Part shown: positions 1-9,025 of the stretch, one piece after another
Layout: each line of letters opens with the position of its first letter
How positions within the stretch are numbered: position 1 is the stretch's first letter
Notes under the pieces: generated by a model
Told to the model about the DNA's origin: nothing
Seen by the model: only the letters and a program-made list of their open reading frames with translations
The model's database searches: none
From: Longimicrobiales bacterium
Lineage (GTDB): Bacteria > Gemmatimonadota > Gemmatimonadetes > Longimicrobiales > Gaopeijiaceae
DNA length: 64,000 nucleotides
NCBI GenBank assembly: GCA_965202805.1
Contig: OZ241869.1
Location: forward strand, 2,464,001-2,528,000
Reading direction: 5' to 3'
Program-made: the position numbers and the translations under genes

Positions 1-150
1 GGTGGTGCCGGCGAAGTTGGCGGTCTTGCCGCGCATGCCGGTGAGCTGGTTGAAGAGCGTGGTCTTGCCCGCGTTGGGATTGCCCGCCAGCGCAACCGTG
101 ACCGGGACCGCGGCACGCGCGGGAAGAACCGGGAGGGAGACGGGGCTCAC
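1..150 (-). CDS. feoB: Ferrous iron transporter B, N-terminal fragment (runs off window)
   Basis: My own translation of the reverse strand from GTG at 150 gives [50 protein letters not shown], containing the FeoB G1 (GNPNAGKT) and G2 (NFAGTT) motifs. Lies directly downstream of feoA. Confidence 0.93.
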   Translation of the reverse strand, partial: MSPVSLPVLPARAAVPVTVALAGNPNAGKTTLFNQLTGMRGKTANFAGTT

Positions 151-163
151 GTGTCGTCCGGGC

Positions 164-481
164 TCACGCGCCCTGGTGCCGCTCATGGCACGGGACGCCG
201 TCGTCGGGACGCAGGAAGACGTGGCCCGCCAGCCGCCTCGCGATCCCCAGGCGTGTTCCCATGACGCTTACGATCATCGGATCGCCCGCCTTGATCACGT
301 GCAGGCGGCGTCCCAGGCACACGCCCATCGTCTTGAGGCGCTCGATGTCCTCATGATCCCCGTCGATGTCGCAGATCAGGCCGCACTCCCCGGCGGAGAG
401 CCGGGTGGCGGCGAGGCTCTGACCGGGATCCGGGACCTGCTCCGGGCCGGCTGGATGGATGGGCGCTTGGAGTGGGGGCAC
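164..481 (-). CDS. feoA: Ferrous iron transport protein A
   Basis: C-terminal part of ORF 164..958: [55 protein letters not shown], an SH3-like FeoA pattern. GTG start at 481 chosen because it lies downstream of the Fur-like box; start uncertain. Confidence 0.88.
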   Translation of the reverse strand: MPPLQAPIHPAGPEQVPDPGQSLAATRLSAGECGLICDIDGDHEDIERLKTMGVCLGRRLHVIKAGDPMIVSVMGTRLGIARRLAGHVFLRPDDGVPCHERHQGA

Positions 482-506
482 GGTTGAGCTCGGCGTCGGG
501 TGAGTT

Positions 507-523
507 ATGAGAATCATTCTCAT
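507..523. promoter_or_regulatory. Fur-type operator upstream of feoAB
   Basis: ATGAGAAT-C-ATTCTCAT is a perfect 8-1-8 AT-rich inverted repeat resembling the Fur 7-1-7 consensus TGATAATnATTATCA, about 25 bp upstream of feoA. Confidence 0.8.
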
Positions 524-762
524 CCGCAGGGAGCGAAGAAGCAAGGGGTGGCGGTGCGGGCAGCCGCGGCGCGCGCGCATGTCGGCACGGGAACCGTGCG
601 GGCCCAACGCGCGACTCAGGCCTGCGGGCGTGCGGATGGCTGTGTGGGCACAATCGAGTGTCGCACGCCGCACCACAGCGCCGTAAGTTGCCCGGTTGAA
701 GGTGAGGCGCGCCGTGGACCGGGGTTGAAGCGCCATCATTGGGCCCTGACAGGGGGATTGAG

Positions 763-2394
763 ATGTCAGAGAAGAGAAAGAGCGGGATCGAGCGAAGGCG
801 TTTCCTGGGGATGGCCGCGGCAGGGGTCGCCGCCGGGGGCCTCCGCCCGGAGATCGTCCTGGGTGAGGAGCGTCTTCCGCCCGAAGCCGCGGCCCGGCTG
901 CTCCAGGAGGCCCAGGAACCTGAGCTGCCGCCGCTCGGCAACGGCGAGCCGCCGGCAACCCAGTTCCAGGCGTATCCCGGAGGCACGGGATCGCTGCTGG
1001 AGAAGCTGTGGAGGGACACTGGAGGGTCCCCCTTCGAGCGGCACGAGATCGAGATCGGGCCCTGGCCGGGACCGGCCCCGACCGATCCCCGGGAGATCGC
1101 CTTCCTTCCCGCGCATCGGCTGGGCGCCCTCATTCGCGAGCGCAAGATCACGTCCGAGGAACTCACCGAGATCTATCTGGACCGGATGAAACGTCACGAC
1201 CCGACGCTGTTGTGCGCGGTGAGCATCCTGGAGGACCGGGCCCGCGAGGAGGCGAAGCGCGCCGACGCCGATCTGCGCGCCGGACGCTGGCGGGGGCCGC
1301 TGCACGGGGTGCCGTGGGGCGTGAAGGATCTCTTCGCCGTGCGCGGAACCCGCACCACCTGGGGATCCGCCGATTTCCAGGATCAGGTGATCGACGAGGA
1401 CTCGGAGCTGGTGGTGCGGCTGCGCGAGGCGGGCGCCGTCCTGATCGCCAAGCTCGCGACCGGGCAGTTCGCATCGGGCGACAACTGGTACCGGGGCGAG
1501 ACGAAGAACCCTTGGAACCCCGAGCAGGGTTCGAGCGGTTCGTCGGCGGGACCGGGCTCTGCCACGGCGGCGGGGCTGGTCGGCTTTTCCATCGGCACCG
1601 AGACCCAGGGCTCGATCGTGAGCCCATCGCGGCGCAACGGGCTGAGCGGCCTGCGGCCGACCTTCGGACGCATCTCGCGTCACGGCGGCATGGTGCTCTC
1701 CTGGACGATGGACAAGCCCGGGCCCATGTGCCGCACCGTCGAGGACTGCGCGCTCGTGTTCAACGCCATCCACGGGGCGGACCCCAAGGATCCCGGGACG
1801 CTGACCGCGCCCTTCCGCTTCGAGCGCGACCCGGACCTGTCCCGGTTGCGCATCGGCTTCACCGAGGATGCGCCTGAAGCCTTCGTGGCGAAGCTGGCGG
1901 AACTCGGAGCCGACCCGCAGCCCATGGCGGAACTGCCCGAGGGCGGCTCCAACTCGCTCGGCGTCGAGTCGTCGGCCGCCTTCGACTTCCATGTGGCGCC
2001 CGGAGGCGTGCTGGAGCAGGTCCCCGAGCCCCAGGAGGGAGAGGAAGCCCGCCCGCCCCGGTTCCATCGCGGACGTGACATCCTGGCCCTCGACTACGTC
2101 CAGTCGCTCAGGCGCCGCCACATCCTGATGAAGGAGATGGCCGAGGCGATGGAGGGGTTCGACATGTTCGTAACCGGATCCGGCGAGGTGCGGCTCACGA
2201 ACCAGACCGGACATCCGGCTGTGGTGCTGCCCTACGACTTCGGCGACGGCAACACCGAGGACGACTTCGACCACGAACAGCCGATCTGCACCACGATCAT
2301 CGGCGACCTGTTCGCGGACGACAGGATTCTGAGCGTGGGGCACGCCTACCAGTCGGCGACCGACTGGCATCGGCTGCATCCGGATCTGGCGTAG
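763..2394 (+). CDS. Amidase-signature family enzyme with Tat signal
   Basis: N-terminal ERRRFLG twin-arginine motif; GVPWGVKD, GSSGSSAGPG and IGTETQGSIVSP amidase-signature motifs. Confidence 0.88.
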   Translation: MSEKRKSGIERRRFLGMAAAGVAAGGLRPEIVLGEERLPPEAAARLLQEAQEPELPPLGNGEPPATQFQAYPGGTGSLLEKLWRDTGGSPFERHEIEIGPWPGPAPTDPREIAFLPAHRLGALIRERKITSEELTEIYLDRMKRHDPTLLCAVSILEDRAREEAKRADADLRAGRWRGPLHGVPWGVKDLFAVRGTRTTWGSADFQDQVIDEDSELVVRLREAGAVLIAKLATGQFASGDNWYRGETKNPWNPEQGSSGSSAGPGSATAAGLVGFSIGTETQGSIVSPSRRNGLSGLRPTFGRISRHGGMVLSWTMDKPGPMCRTVEDCALVFNAIHGADPKDPGTLTAPFRFERDPDLSRLRIGFTEDAPEAFVAKLAELGADPQPMAELPEGGSNSLGVESSAAFDFHVAPGGVLEQVPEPQEGEEARPPRFHRGRDILALDYVQSLRRRHILMKEMAEAMEGFDMFVTGSGEVRLTNQTGHPAVVLPYDFGDGNTEDDFDHEQPICTTIIGDLFADDRILSVGHAYQSATDWHRLHPDLA

Positions 2395-2397
2395 GGA

Positions 2398-3261
2398 CTA
2401 CCAGCGGCGCCCGAGGGTCCGGGCGCGGGTTGCCCACAGCGAGCGGCTGGCCAGCCCGAGCAGCTTGCGGGTGATGAGTTCGCCGTCCAGGCGGATGGCG
2501 GCCAGGATCGCTGCGGCCTCGGCGGGGGAGAGTGCTTCCCCGCCTTCCAGGTCGACGACGGTCTCCTCTTCGCCGAGCATGCCCGGCGGCGCCATGATCT
2601 CGCCGGACTCGCCTTCGGCCCGGGTGTCGTCCCCGGTCAGTTCGGCGTCGGAGAAGGCTTCGCCCGTCTGGACCCCGCGACGCGCACCGGTGTCGAGGGA
2701 GTCGAGCATGCGGCGGGCGAAGGCGAGGTTCCACGCGGCCTCCTCGCGGCCCGGGCTCAGGCGCAGGGCGTTGCGGTTCTCCTCCATCGCGGCCACGACG
2801 TGGACCAGGGCGGAGTCGGAAGAGGGCGCGGCGATGGCGGCGCGCAGGCTGGCCACGCCCAGGTTGTACCAGGCGAGGGAGCGCAGTTCGTCGTCGGGGC
2901 TGGCCGCGCCGCGGGAGAGCCGGGCGCGGGCGTCGGGTGCATTGGCCAATTCGAGGAGGGTGGTGCCCAGGTTGTAGTGGAGGTGGGGGGCGGGAGGGGT
3001 TGCGGAGGGTGCCGGCCCCGTGTCGGGAGCCGGGTTTTCCGGCGCGGCGGGAGACTCGGCGGCAACGTCGCCCGGGGCCACCGCGGTTTCTTCCTGCAGG
3101 CGCGCGCGATAGATGCGGGCGGCCGTGCTCCAGTCGCCGCGGCGGTGCAGCCGGTTGGCGCGTTCCTCGCTGGCGCGCTCGGCGACGACGACCGCGGTGA
3201 GTGCGGCGGCCAGGGCGGCCGTGACCACCAGACGGGTGCGGGTGGTCATGGACGCAGCCAT
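2398..3261 (-). CDS. BatC-like TPR protein
   Basis: N-terminal TM segment; TPR-like repeats HYNLGTTLL, AWYNLGVA, AAWNLAFA; last gene of the MoxR/VWA operon. Confidence 0.7.
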   Translation of the reverse strand: MAASMTTRTRLVVTAALAAALTAVVVAERASEERANRLHRRGDWSTAARIYRARLQEETAVAPGDVAAESPAAPENPAPDTGPAPSATPPAPHLHYNLGTTLLELANAPDARARLSRGAASPDDELRSLAWYNLGVASLRAAIAAPSSDSALVHVVAAMEENRNALRLSPGREEAAWNLAFARRMLDSLDTGARRGVQTGEAFSDAELTGDDTRAEGESGEIMAPPGMLGEEETVVDLEGGEALSPAEAAAILAAIRLDGELITRKLLGLASRSLWATRARTLGRRW

Positions 3262-4307
3262 TGTGGAAGCCCGCGGGGACGGGGTCGCGGGACGGTCGCC
3301 GGCCGCAAGCGCGCGGTGCCCGGGCGGTCCATCAGCCCGTCGGCGGCGACCAGCACGAGCCCGAGGAGGATCAGCCAGGTCACCGGGTCGCCTGGGCCGC
3401 CGCTTCCTTCACCGTCCTCGGGAGCGCGACGGAAGCGGGCGGCCAGTTCGGCCAGGCCGCGGTCGTCGGATACGTCCAGGTAGCCGCCCCCGCCGGCGCG
3501 GGCGACACCCCGCAGCAGCCGTTCATTGAGCCGCGAGACCACCGGTGCCCCGCCCGCGTCCGTGACCGCAGCGCCCGCGCCGTCCCCTCCCAGCCCCGCC
3601 CCCTCCGCCGTGCCGATCCCCGCGACCCAGATGCTCAGGTCACCCGCCGCCGCCAGGGCCGCGCTGTCCGCCACGGCGAACTCGTCCTCGTGCGCCTCGC
3701 CGTCGGTCACCAGGAGGATTACGCGCTCCCTGCCCTCCTCGCGGCGCGCGTCGAGCTGCCGATGCGCCTCGCCGATGGCCGCGCTCACACGGGTGCCCTG
3801 GTCGCGCTCGCCCAGAAAGTTCTCCGCCAGCGAGTCGGCGAAGAAACGCACCACCTGCTGGTCCTCGGTAATCGGGGCGAGCGTGTGGGACCAGTCGGCG
3901 AACACCACCAGGCCGACGCGCTCGCCCGGAAGTGCGTCCAGGAGCGCGCCGACCACCTCCCTGGCGCGGCTCATCCGCCCGCCCGGCAGGTCCCGCGCCC
4001 CCATCGAAGCGGAAATGTCCAGCGCAACCACCACGTCCACCGGGCGCGAGGCGTTCAGGCTGATCCCGGGCCCGAAGCGGACCCCGGCGGCCGCGAGGAC
4101 CATCACGGTCACCGCCAGGCCGAGCACGCGGAGACGCCGTCGGGGAAAGTCCACCAGGACGCGGCTGGTGAGACGCCCGGCGGCCTCTGCTCCCCCGAAC
4201 CCCTCTGCCAGTCGGCGCAACCGCCGGGTCGTGCGGGCCAGCGCGAAAGCCGCCAGACCGAGCACGACCGGAAGGAGAAGCAGGAGCTCCGGGCGCGCGA
4301 AGGTCAT
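3246..4307 (-). CDS. BatB-like VWA domain membrane protein
   Basis: Start MTFARPELLLLL (Bat-type N-terminus); MIDAS motif DISASM; LVTDGE; C-terminal TM segment. Confidence 0.85.
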   Translation of the reverse strand: MTFARPELLLLLPVVLGLAAFALARTTRRLRRLAEGFGGAEAAGRLTSRVLVDFPRRRLRVLGLAVTVMVLAAAGVRFGPGISLNASRPVDVVVALDISASMGARDLPGGRMSRAREVVGALLDALPGERVGLVVFADWSHTLAPITEDQQVVRFFADSLAENFLGERDQGTRVSAAIGEAHRQLDARREEGRERVILLVTDGEAHEDEFAVADSAALAAAGDLSIWVAGIGTAEGAGLGGDGAGAAVTDAGGAPVVSRLNERLLRGVARAGGGGYLDVSDDRGLAELAARFRRAPEDGEGSGGPGDPVTWLILLGLVLVAADGLMDRPGTARLRPATVPRPRPRGLPQWLRP

Positions 4308-4314
4308 GGCGTCC

Positions 4315-5292
4315 TCACGGCAGCACCGCCCAGCGCGAGGCGCGCACCCCGACCGCCCCCAACAGCATCGCCAGCGCCCCGGCGACCAGCCAGAAGCGGA
4401 AGGGCACCAGGGCTGTGGTGAGGCGCATCTCTCGCGAGGTCGTCTCCAGGCGGTCGATCTCCAGGTAGATCGAGTCCAGCGCGACCACGTCCGCCGCCGA
4501 GAAGTAGCGCCCTCCCGTGATGCGCGCGGCCTGGGTGAGCACGGTCTCCATGCGCTGGCGCCGGGTTGGAGCGCTGGCGCCCCCCGCGGCGGTACCCGGC
4601 TCGGGGGGATCGGGCCGGCCGATCGCGACCGGGTAGATGCGCACGCCCACGGCCGCGGCCGCGCCCGCGGCCATCGCGGGCACCAGGCCGTCGCGGTTGT
4701 GCGCACCGTCGGTGACCAGCACCAGCACCTTCGAGTCGTGAGGGGCGGCATCCAGCAGCGCCGCGCCCGCGGCGATCGCGCCCGCGATGTCGGTGCCGTC
4801 GATGAGCAGCCCTACCTCCATCCCGTCCACGGCGTGTTCCACCAGATAGCGGTCGCGGGTGAGGGGCAGCCGGGTGAGCGCCTCGCCCGCGAAGGTGACC
4901 AGGCCGATGGCGTCATCGCGCCCCGCCACGAAGCGCTTGGCCGCGGCCTTGGCGGCCTCCAGCCGGGTGGCCGAGCCCTCCATGTCGTCGGCCCACATCG
5001 ACGTGGACAGATCCACCGCCACAACGATCCCCGTGCCGCCCTCCACCGGTTCTTCGTGGGCCGTGATCAGGCGCGGGTGGGCGAGCGCGACGATCAGGCA
5101 GGACAGCGCGGCGGCGCGAAGCACGCGCGGGAGTGCATCCACGGCGGCCCAGACCCGGCTCCCCCGCAACGGCACCAACCCGGCTGACGCCAGGAGCAAT
5201 CCGGAGGCGCGCCGCGCCCGGATCCACCACAGCCAGAGGGGCACGAGGGCCAGCAGAACCAGCCACTCCGGGCGCGCCAGCTGGATGCTCAT
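4315..5292 (-). CDS. BatA-like VWA domain membrane protein
   Basis: LARPEWL N-terminus; ALAHP; MIDAS motif DLSTSM; GTDIAGAI; LVTDG; ITGGRYF. Confidence 0.88.
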   Translation of the reverse strand: MSIQLARPEWLVLLALVPLWLWWIRARRASGLLLASAGLVPLRGSRVWAAVDALPRVLRAAALSCLIVALAHPRLITAHEEPVEGGTGIVVAVDLSTSMWADDMEGSATRLEAAKAAAKRFVAGRDDAIGLVTFAGEALTRLPLTRDRYLVEHAVDGMEVGLLIDGTDIAGAIAAGAALLDAAPHDSKVLVLVTDGAHNRDGLVPAMAAGAAAAVGVRIYPVAIGRPDPPEPGTAAGGASAPTRRQRMETVLTQAARITGGRYFSAADVVALDSIYLEIDRLETTSREMRLTTALVPFRFWLVAGALAMLLGAVGVRASRWAVLP

Positions 5293-6749
5293 TCGGGGCC
5301 TCCGGTCGAGCTCGCTTCGCCGGGGATGTCGCCGCCGGACCTGTCTGACGGGCCGTCCCGGTCCGGCTCGATCCCGGTCGACCGGTCGTCGCCGGCGACA
5401 TCTTCCGGATTCGTCGATCGCCCGCCATGGCTCGACCGTGGCTCGGTCACCGCCGTTCCATCGTCCGGTTCCCCCGCGATCTCATCCCGCATCCGCGCGA
5501 ACGCCGGTGCCTGCCCGGAGGCGTCGACCCACGCCCGCATCGTCGCCCAGTCGCGCTCGGCCGTGGCCGCGGCACCCTCGCGTACGCTCGCGGCGTCGTT
5601 CCGCACGGCGGCGGTTGCAGCAAACTTCGCCACCTCCCCCCGACCCATCGCGCGCGCCAGGGCGTCCGGGTCGGGCCAACCCGGCGCGGCGGAAAGGTCG
5701 CGCATGAGCTCCGTGCTGGTCCGGCTGCGATCCCAGGCGGGATCGAAGTGCGCCACGTATTCGCGCAACGCGTCGCCTGCTCCCTCGTAGAAGTCGCGCA
5801 GCCGTCCCGCCCGGTGGTGGCCGCGCGCACGCACCCGGTCGAGTTGGGCGAGCGCCCGGTCCCTCCACTCCTCCGGCGTCTCCGGCAGGGTCTCCACCTG
5901 AACCGCAGCCGCCGCGCGCGCCGCCAGCCACTCCCGCGCCTGCACCGTTCCCACGCCGAGCAGCAACAGGGACAGCAGCGAGGCGCCCAGCACGGCCGGG
6001 ACGTTCCAGCTGAAACCGACCACGTCGGCGGGCGGTCTCGGTTCGAGACCCCGTGCGATGTCGTCCAGCAGCACCGGAGAGGTCACGAACACCCGCCGGC
6101 CGGCGACCACCAGGCGGTCCCGCGGGCGCTCCTCCGCGCCTGAGGCCCCCTGGATGCCGGACGGTTCGCCCGCAGCGACCGCCTCGCCCGGTTCATCCGG
6201 ACTGGCCGGCTCCACCCCGCCAACCGCGTCTCGCGCACTCGGCCGCCGCTGGCCGGAGTCCGCACCGACCATCGGACCCGACCGGACGCCGTTCTGTGTA
6301 TTTTGCGTATTTTGCGTAATTTGTGTAATCTGGGTCCCAACCGGGTCGCCCTCTCGCGGCCCATCCTCCACGCCAACGCGCGCTCTGCCCACCTCCGCTT
6401 CCCCACTCGTCATCTCCAGTTGAGGCGTCGCCGCCAGCCCGATCTCGAAGGGAATCAGGTCGTACTCGAGCGCGACCTGGAGAGACCCGTCCCCCGCCTC
6501 CACCACATCGATCCGCACTGGCTGCAGGCTCTCGACGCCCCACTCGGGAAGAAGGGTTGCGGGCACCCGCAGATCCCCGCCGGGAGGCACGTAGACGCTC
6601 GTGTGGAGCGTGAAGGGATCCCCCAGTTCCACGGTGTCGGGGGACACGCGCACCGCCTGAACCGCCGCCCGCTCCTGCATGGCGTGCGCGCCCGCAGCCA
6701 ACATCCCCAGGGACGCGATCAAGGCCACCGCACCGACCCAGGCCTTCAT
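5289..6749 (-). CDS. Bat-operon accessory membrane protein (BatD/DUF4381-like) with low-complexity insertions
   Basis: Signal peptide; PDTVELGDPF N-domain; single TM segment followed by PEEWRDRALAQL..FYE..LREY..TSTEL..VAKFA; position upstream of BatA. Confidence 0.65.
   Translation of the reverse strand: MKAWVGAVALIASLGMLAAGAHAMQERAAVQAVRVSPDTVELGDPFTLHTSVYVPPGGDLRVPATLLPEWGVESLQPVRIDVVEAGDGSLQVALEYDLIPFEIGLAATPQLEMTSGEAEVGRARVGVEDGPREGDPVGTQITQITQNTQNTQNGVRSGPMVGADSGQRRPSARDAVGGVEPASPDEPGEAVAAGEPSGIQGASGAEERPRDRLVVAGRRVFVTSPVLLDDIARGLEPRPPADVVGFSWNVPAVLGASLLSLLLLGVGTVQAREWLAARAAAAVQVETLPETPEEWRDRALAQLDRVRARGHHRAGRLRDFYEGAGDALREYVAHFDPAWDRSRTSTELMRDLSAAPGWPDPDALARAMGRGEVAKFAATAAVRNDAASVREGAAATAERDWATMRAWVDASGQAPAFARMRDEIAGEPDDGTAVTEPRSSHGGRSTNPEDVAGDDRSTGIEPDRDGPSDRSGGDIPGEASSTGGPE
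6291..6335. repeat. AT-rich 9-nt tandem repeat x5 encoding TQITQITQNTQNTQN
   Basis: Units gttctgtgt / attttgcgt / attttgcgt / aatttgtgt / aatctgggt, in frame inside the 5289..6749 CDS. Confidence 0.85.
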
Positions 6750-6872
6750 GAAAACACCTGACCGTGAAAGGACGCGATGCGGACGCAAGTTCCGGCTCGG
6801 GATCGCTCAAGTGTGGGGTCAACCGCGGCCCGGTTCATACCTGAGAATGGCTAACCAGTCAGGGGTGCAGGG

Positions 6873-8060
6873 CTACCAGGACAAGAGCTCGTACTTGGCG
6901 ATTCGCCACGGAGGTATGCGCGGACTCAGCAACACATAGAGGTACCTGCCGCCGCCCAGCACCTTCGAATCCTCCGGCAATCGTACGTTCTCGAAGAGTT
7001 TTTGGCCCGTATGGCGATCGTAGGCTTCCACGGACACGTCGAGTGGCTCGAACGGGAACCAGGGCTTGGCCGGGTTCAGCCTGCCGACCGTCAACACGAG
7101 GCGGTTGCCGTCCACGATGTCCATGCTCGTGACGAGGTCGAAGCTCTCGATCAACCGCTTGATCCGATTGCCGGTTTGAGCCCCGGGTCCCTCTTCGGCG
7201 GTGAAGGCGAGTGCCCCCGGCTCAAGCTCCGGCACTCTGCGGAATCCTGCCGGCGGCGTCCCTATGGTTCCGACTGAATCGCCGGCCGCGTTCAGGATGG
7301 TCGCGGGGTACAGGAGGCCCGCCATCGCATACACGGAGTCCCCGGCAACCGCAGCGTGAGCTCGTCCCAGAGCATTCCAGTACGGCATGCTGGCAGCCAG
7401 CGTGTTCCAGTTGCTCCAGGCCACCGTGCCGTCGACCAGCCGATGATAGAGGCCATGCATGTCGGCTGCGTACATGTCCCGTCCAACCCCGCCGAACACG
7501 ATGTCAGGCCCGAAAGGAAGAACCGTCCCCGGCACATAGTTCTCGACCAGCAACATGCCATGGCGTGTCAGATCCGGAGCAAGAAAAGTCAGCGCCCCGC
7601 TCTGCGCGCCTGTCACGACGATGCGGCCGTCCGCCAGCTCCGCCACGCTCCGAATACGCCGGAACTCCCATGGTCCGTCGCCGAAGCGCCCGAACCCCGC
7701 CTCCAGCGAACCGTCCTCGCGGTAGGTCCGAACCCGGGGGAGCAGCCGGTCCCCGATCACGAAACCGCCGTCGCGCCGCTCGAAAAACTCACCCACGTCC
7801 GCGATGGAATCGGACGGATCCTCTCCCAGCTCGATGACTTCCACCAACTCGAAGACTTCTTCCAGGGGCGGCGAGGGCACCCGGGCCGGGTGCTTCTCGC
7901 AGGAGATGACAAGCAGCAGGGCGAGAGCCAGGGCCGTCCGTCGGCGGGGCAAGAGGTTGCCGGGTCGTGGTTGTCGGCCCGTCATCGGCCAACCGGCCCT
8001 CGACCGCAGCCGGGGCATCTCTCGCCTCGGGATCGGCCCTCGCGAGACCCATCGCTTCAT
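6873..8060 (-). CDS. Putative 6-bladed beta-propeller lipoprotein
   Basis: Lipobox-like LLLVISC; NHL/propeller-like blades (FGRFGDGPWEF, GDSVGTIG). ATG at 8060 overlaps the DUF58 stop (ATGA); an alternative start exists at MTGRQ. Confidence 0.65.
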   Translation of the reverse strand: MKRWVSRGPIPRREMPRLRSRAGWPMTGRQPRPGNLLPRRRTALALALLLVISCEKHPARVPSPPLEEVFELVEVIELGEDPSDSIADVGEFFERRDGGFVIGDRLLPRVRTYREDGSLEAGFGRFGDGPWEFRRIRSVAELADGRIVVTGAQSGALTFLAPDLTRHGMLLVENYVPGTVLPFGPDIVFGGVGRDMYAADMHGLYHRLVDGTVAWSNWNTLAASMPYWNALGRAHAAVAGDSVYAMAGLLYPATILNAAGDSVGTIGTPPAGFRRVPELEPGALAFTAEEGPGAQTGNRIKRLIESFDLVTSMDIVDGNRLVLTVGRLNPAKPWFPFEPLDVSVEAYDRHTGQKLFENVRLPEDSKVLGGGRYLYVLLSPRIPPWRIAKYELLSW

Positions 8061-9001
8061 CGGAACGCCCCTCCCCGCCTTCGACCCGGGGTCCGCTCGC
8101 GCGCCCGGAAGAACTCCGCCAGCACGGGCACGTAGTTCTCGTCCGAACCGACCTCCACGACCTCCAGTCCCAGCTCGCGGAAGAGACCGGTCAGTCGTTC
8201 GCGCGCCTCGCCGGTCTGCTTTGCATGGGCGGAGCGTGTTCCCTCGCGCCCGGTATCGACGATGCGACGCTCTCCCGACTCCGGGTCCACCACCCGCACC
8301 AGACCCACATCCGGAAGCCCCATCTGCCGGGAATCGTTGAGACGGATGGGCACGAGGTCGTGCTGGAAGCTGAAGCGGCTCGCGATGCGCGCCAGGCGGG
8401 GATCGGCCGCGAAATCGACCAGGAAGTCGCTGATGAGGAAGACGGCCGCGCGCCGCCGCAACACCTTCGCCAGGAACTCGAGCCCGGGCGACAGTTTCGT
8501 GCGCCGGCCCGTGGGCTTGAGCGAGAGCAGCTCGAAGATCAGCCGCAGCGCGTGCCGCCGGCCCGTGTCCGGCGGGATGAAGAGCTCCGTCTGATCGGTG
8601 ACCACCAGCAGCCCGACGTGGTCGTTGTTGCGCGCGGCGGAGAGTGCCAGGATGCAGGCGATCTCGCTCGCGATGCGGGCGTTGGACGCGAACCCGGTGC
8701 CGAAGTCCTGCGATCCCGAGAGATCCACCATGAGCATGGCGGTGAGCTCGCGCTCCTCCTCGTGCTGCCTGATGAAGAGGCGGCCCCGGCGCGCGGTCAC
8801 GTTCCAATCGATGGAGCGGATGTCGTCGCCGGGCTGGTACTCGCGCACCTCCGAGAATTCGAGCCCGCGCCCCTTGAACACCGAGCGGTACTCGCCGCTG
8901 AAGAGCGATTCCACCAGTCCGCGGGTGCGCAGTTCGATCTGCTTCACCCGCGCGGAAAAGACCCGGGGATGCTCGCGCGCGATGGACCGCCTCCCGGCCA
9001 C
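8057..9001 (-). CDS. DUF58 domain protein
   Basis: GRGLEFSEVREYQPGDDIRSIDWNVTAR, DLSGS and FLISDF motifs; follows moxR. Confidence 0.93.
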   Translation of the reverse strand: MAGRRSIAREHPRVFSARVKQIELRTRGLVESLFSGEYRSVFKGRGLEFSEVREYQPGDDIRSIDWNVTARRGRLFIRQHEEERELTAMLMVDLSGSQDFGTGFASNARIASEIACILALSAARNNDHVGLLVVTDQTELFIPPDTGRRHALRLIFELLSLKPTGRRTKLSPGLEFLAKVLRRRAAVFLISDFLVDFAADPRLARIASRFSFQHDLVPIRLNDSRQMGLPDVGLVRVVDPESGERRIVDTGREGTRSAHAKQTGEARERLTGLFRELGLEVVEVGSDENYVPVLAEFFRARERTPGRRRGGAFR

Positions 9002-9025
9002 GGCCGCCTCCCGCCTACCTCTGCC

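Noticed and set aside
482..958. Long N-terminal extension of FeoA in the ORF track
   Set aside because: It overlaps the Fur-like operator and the divergent amidase start and is low-complexity; likely non-coding.
763..2394. gatA (Glu-tRNA amidotransferase subunit A)
   Set aside because: It has a Tat signal, no gatB/gatC neighbours and a shortened C-terminal region; a generic amidase fits better.
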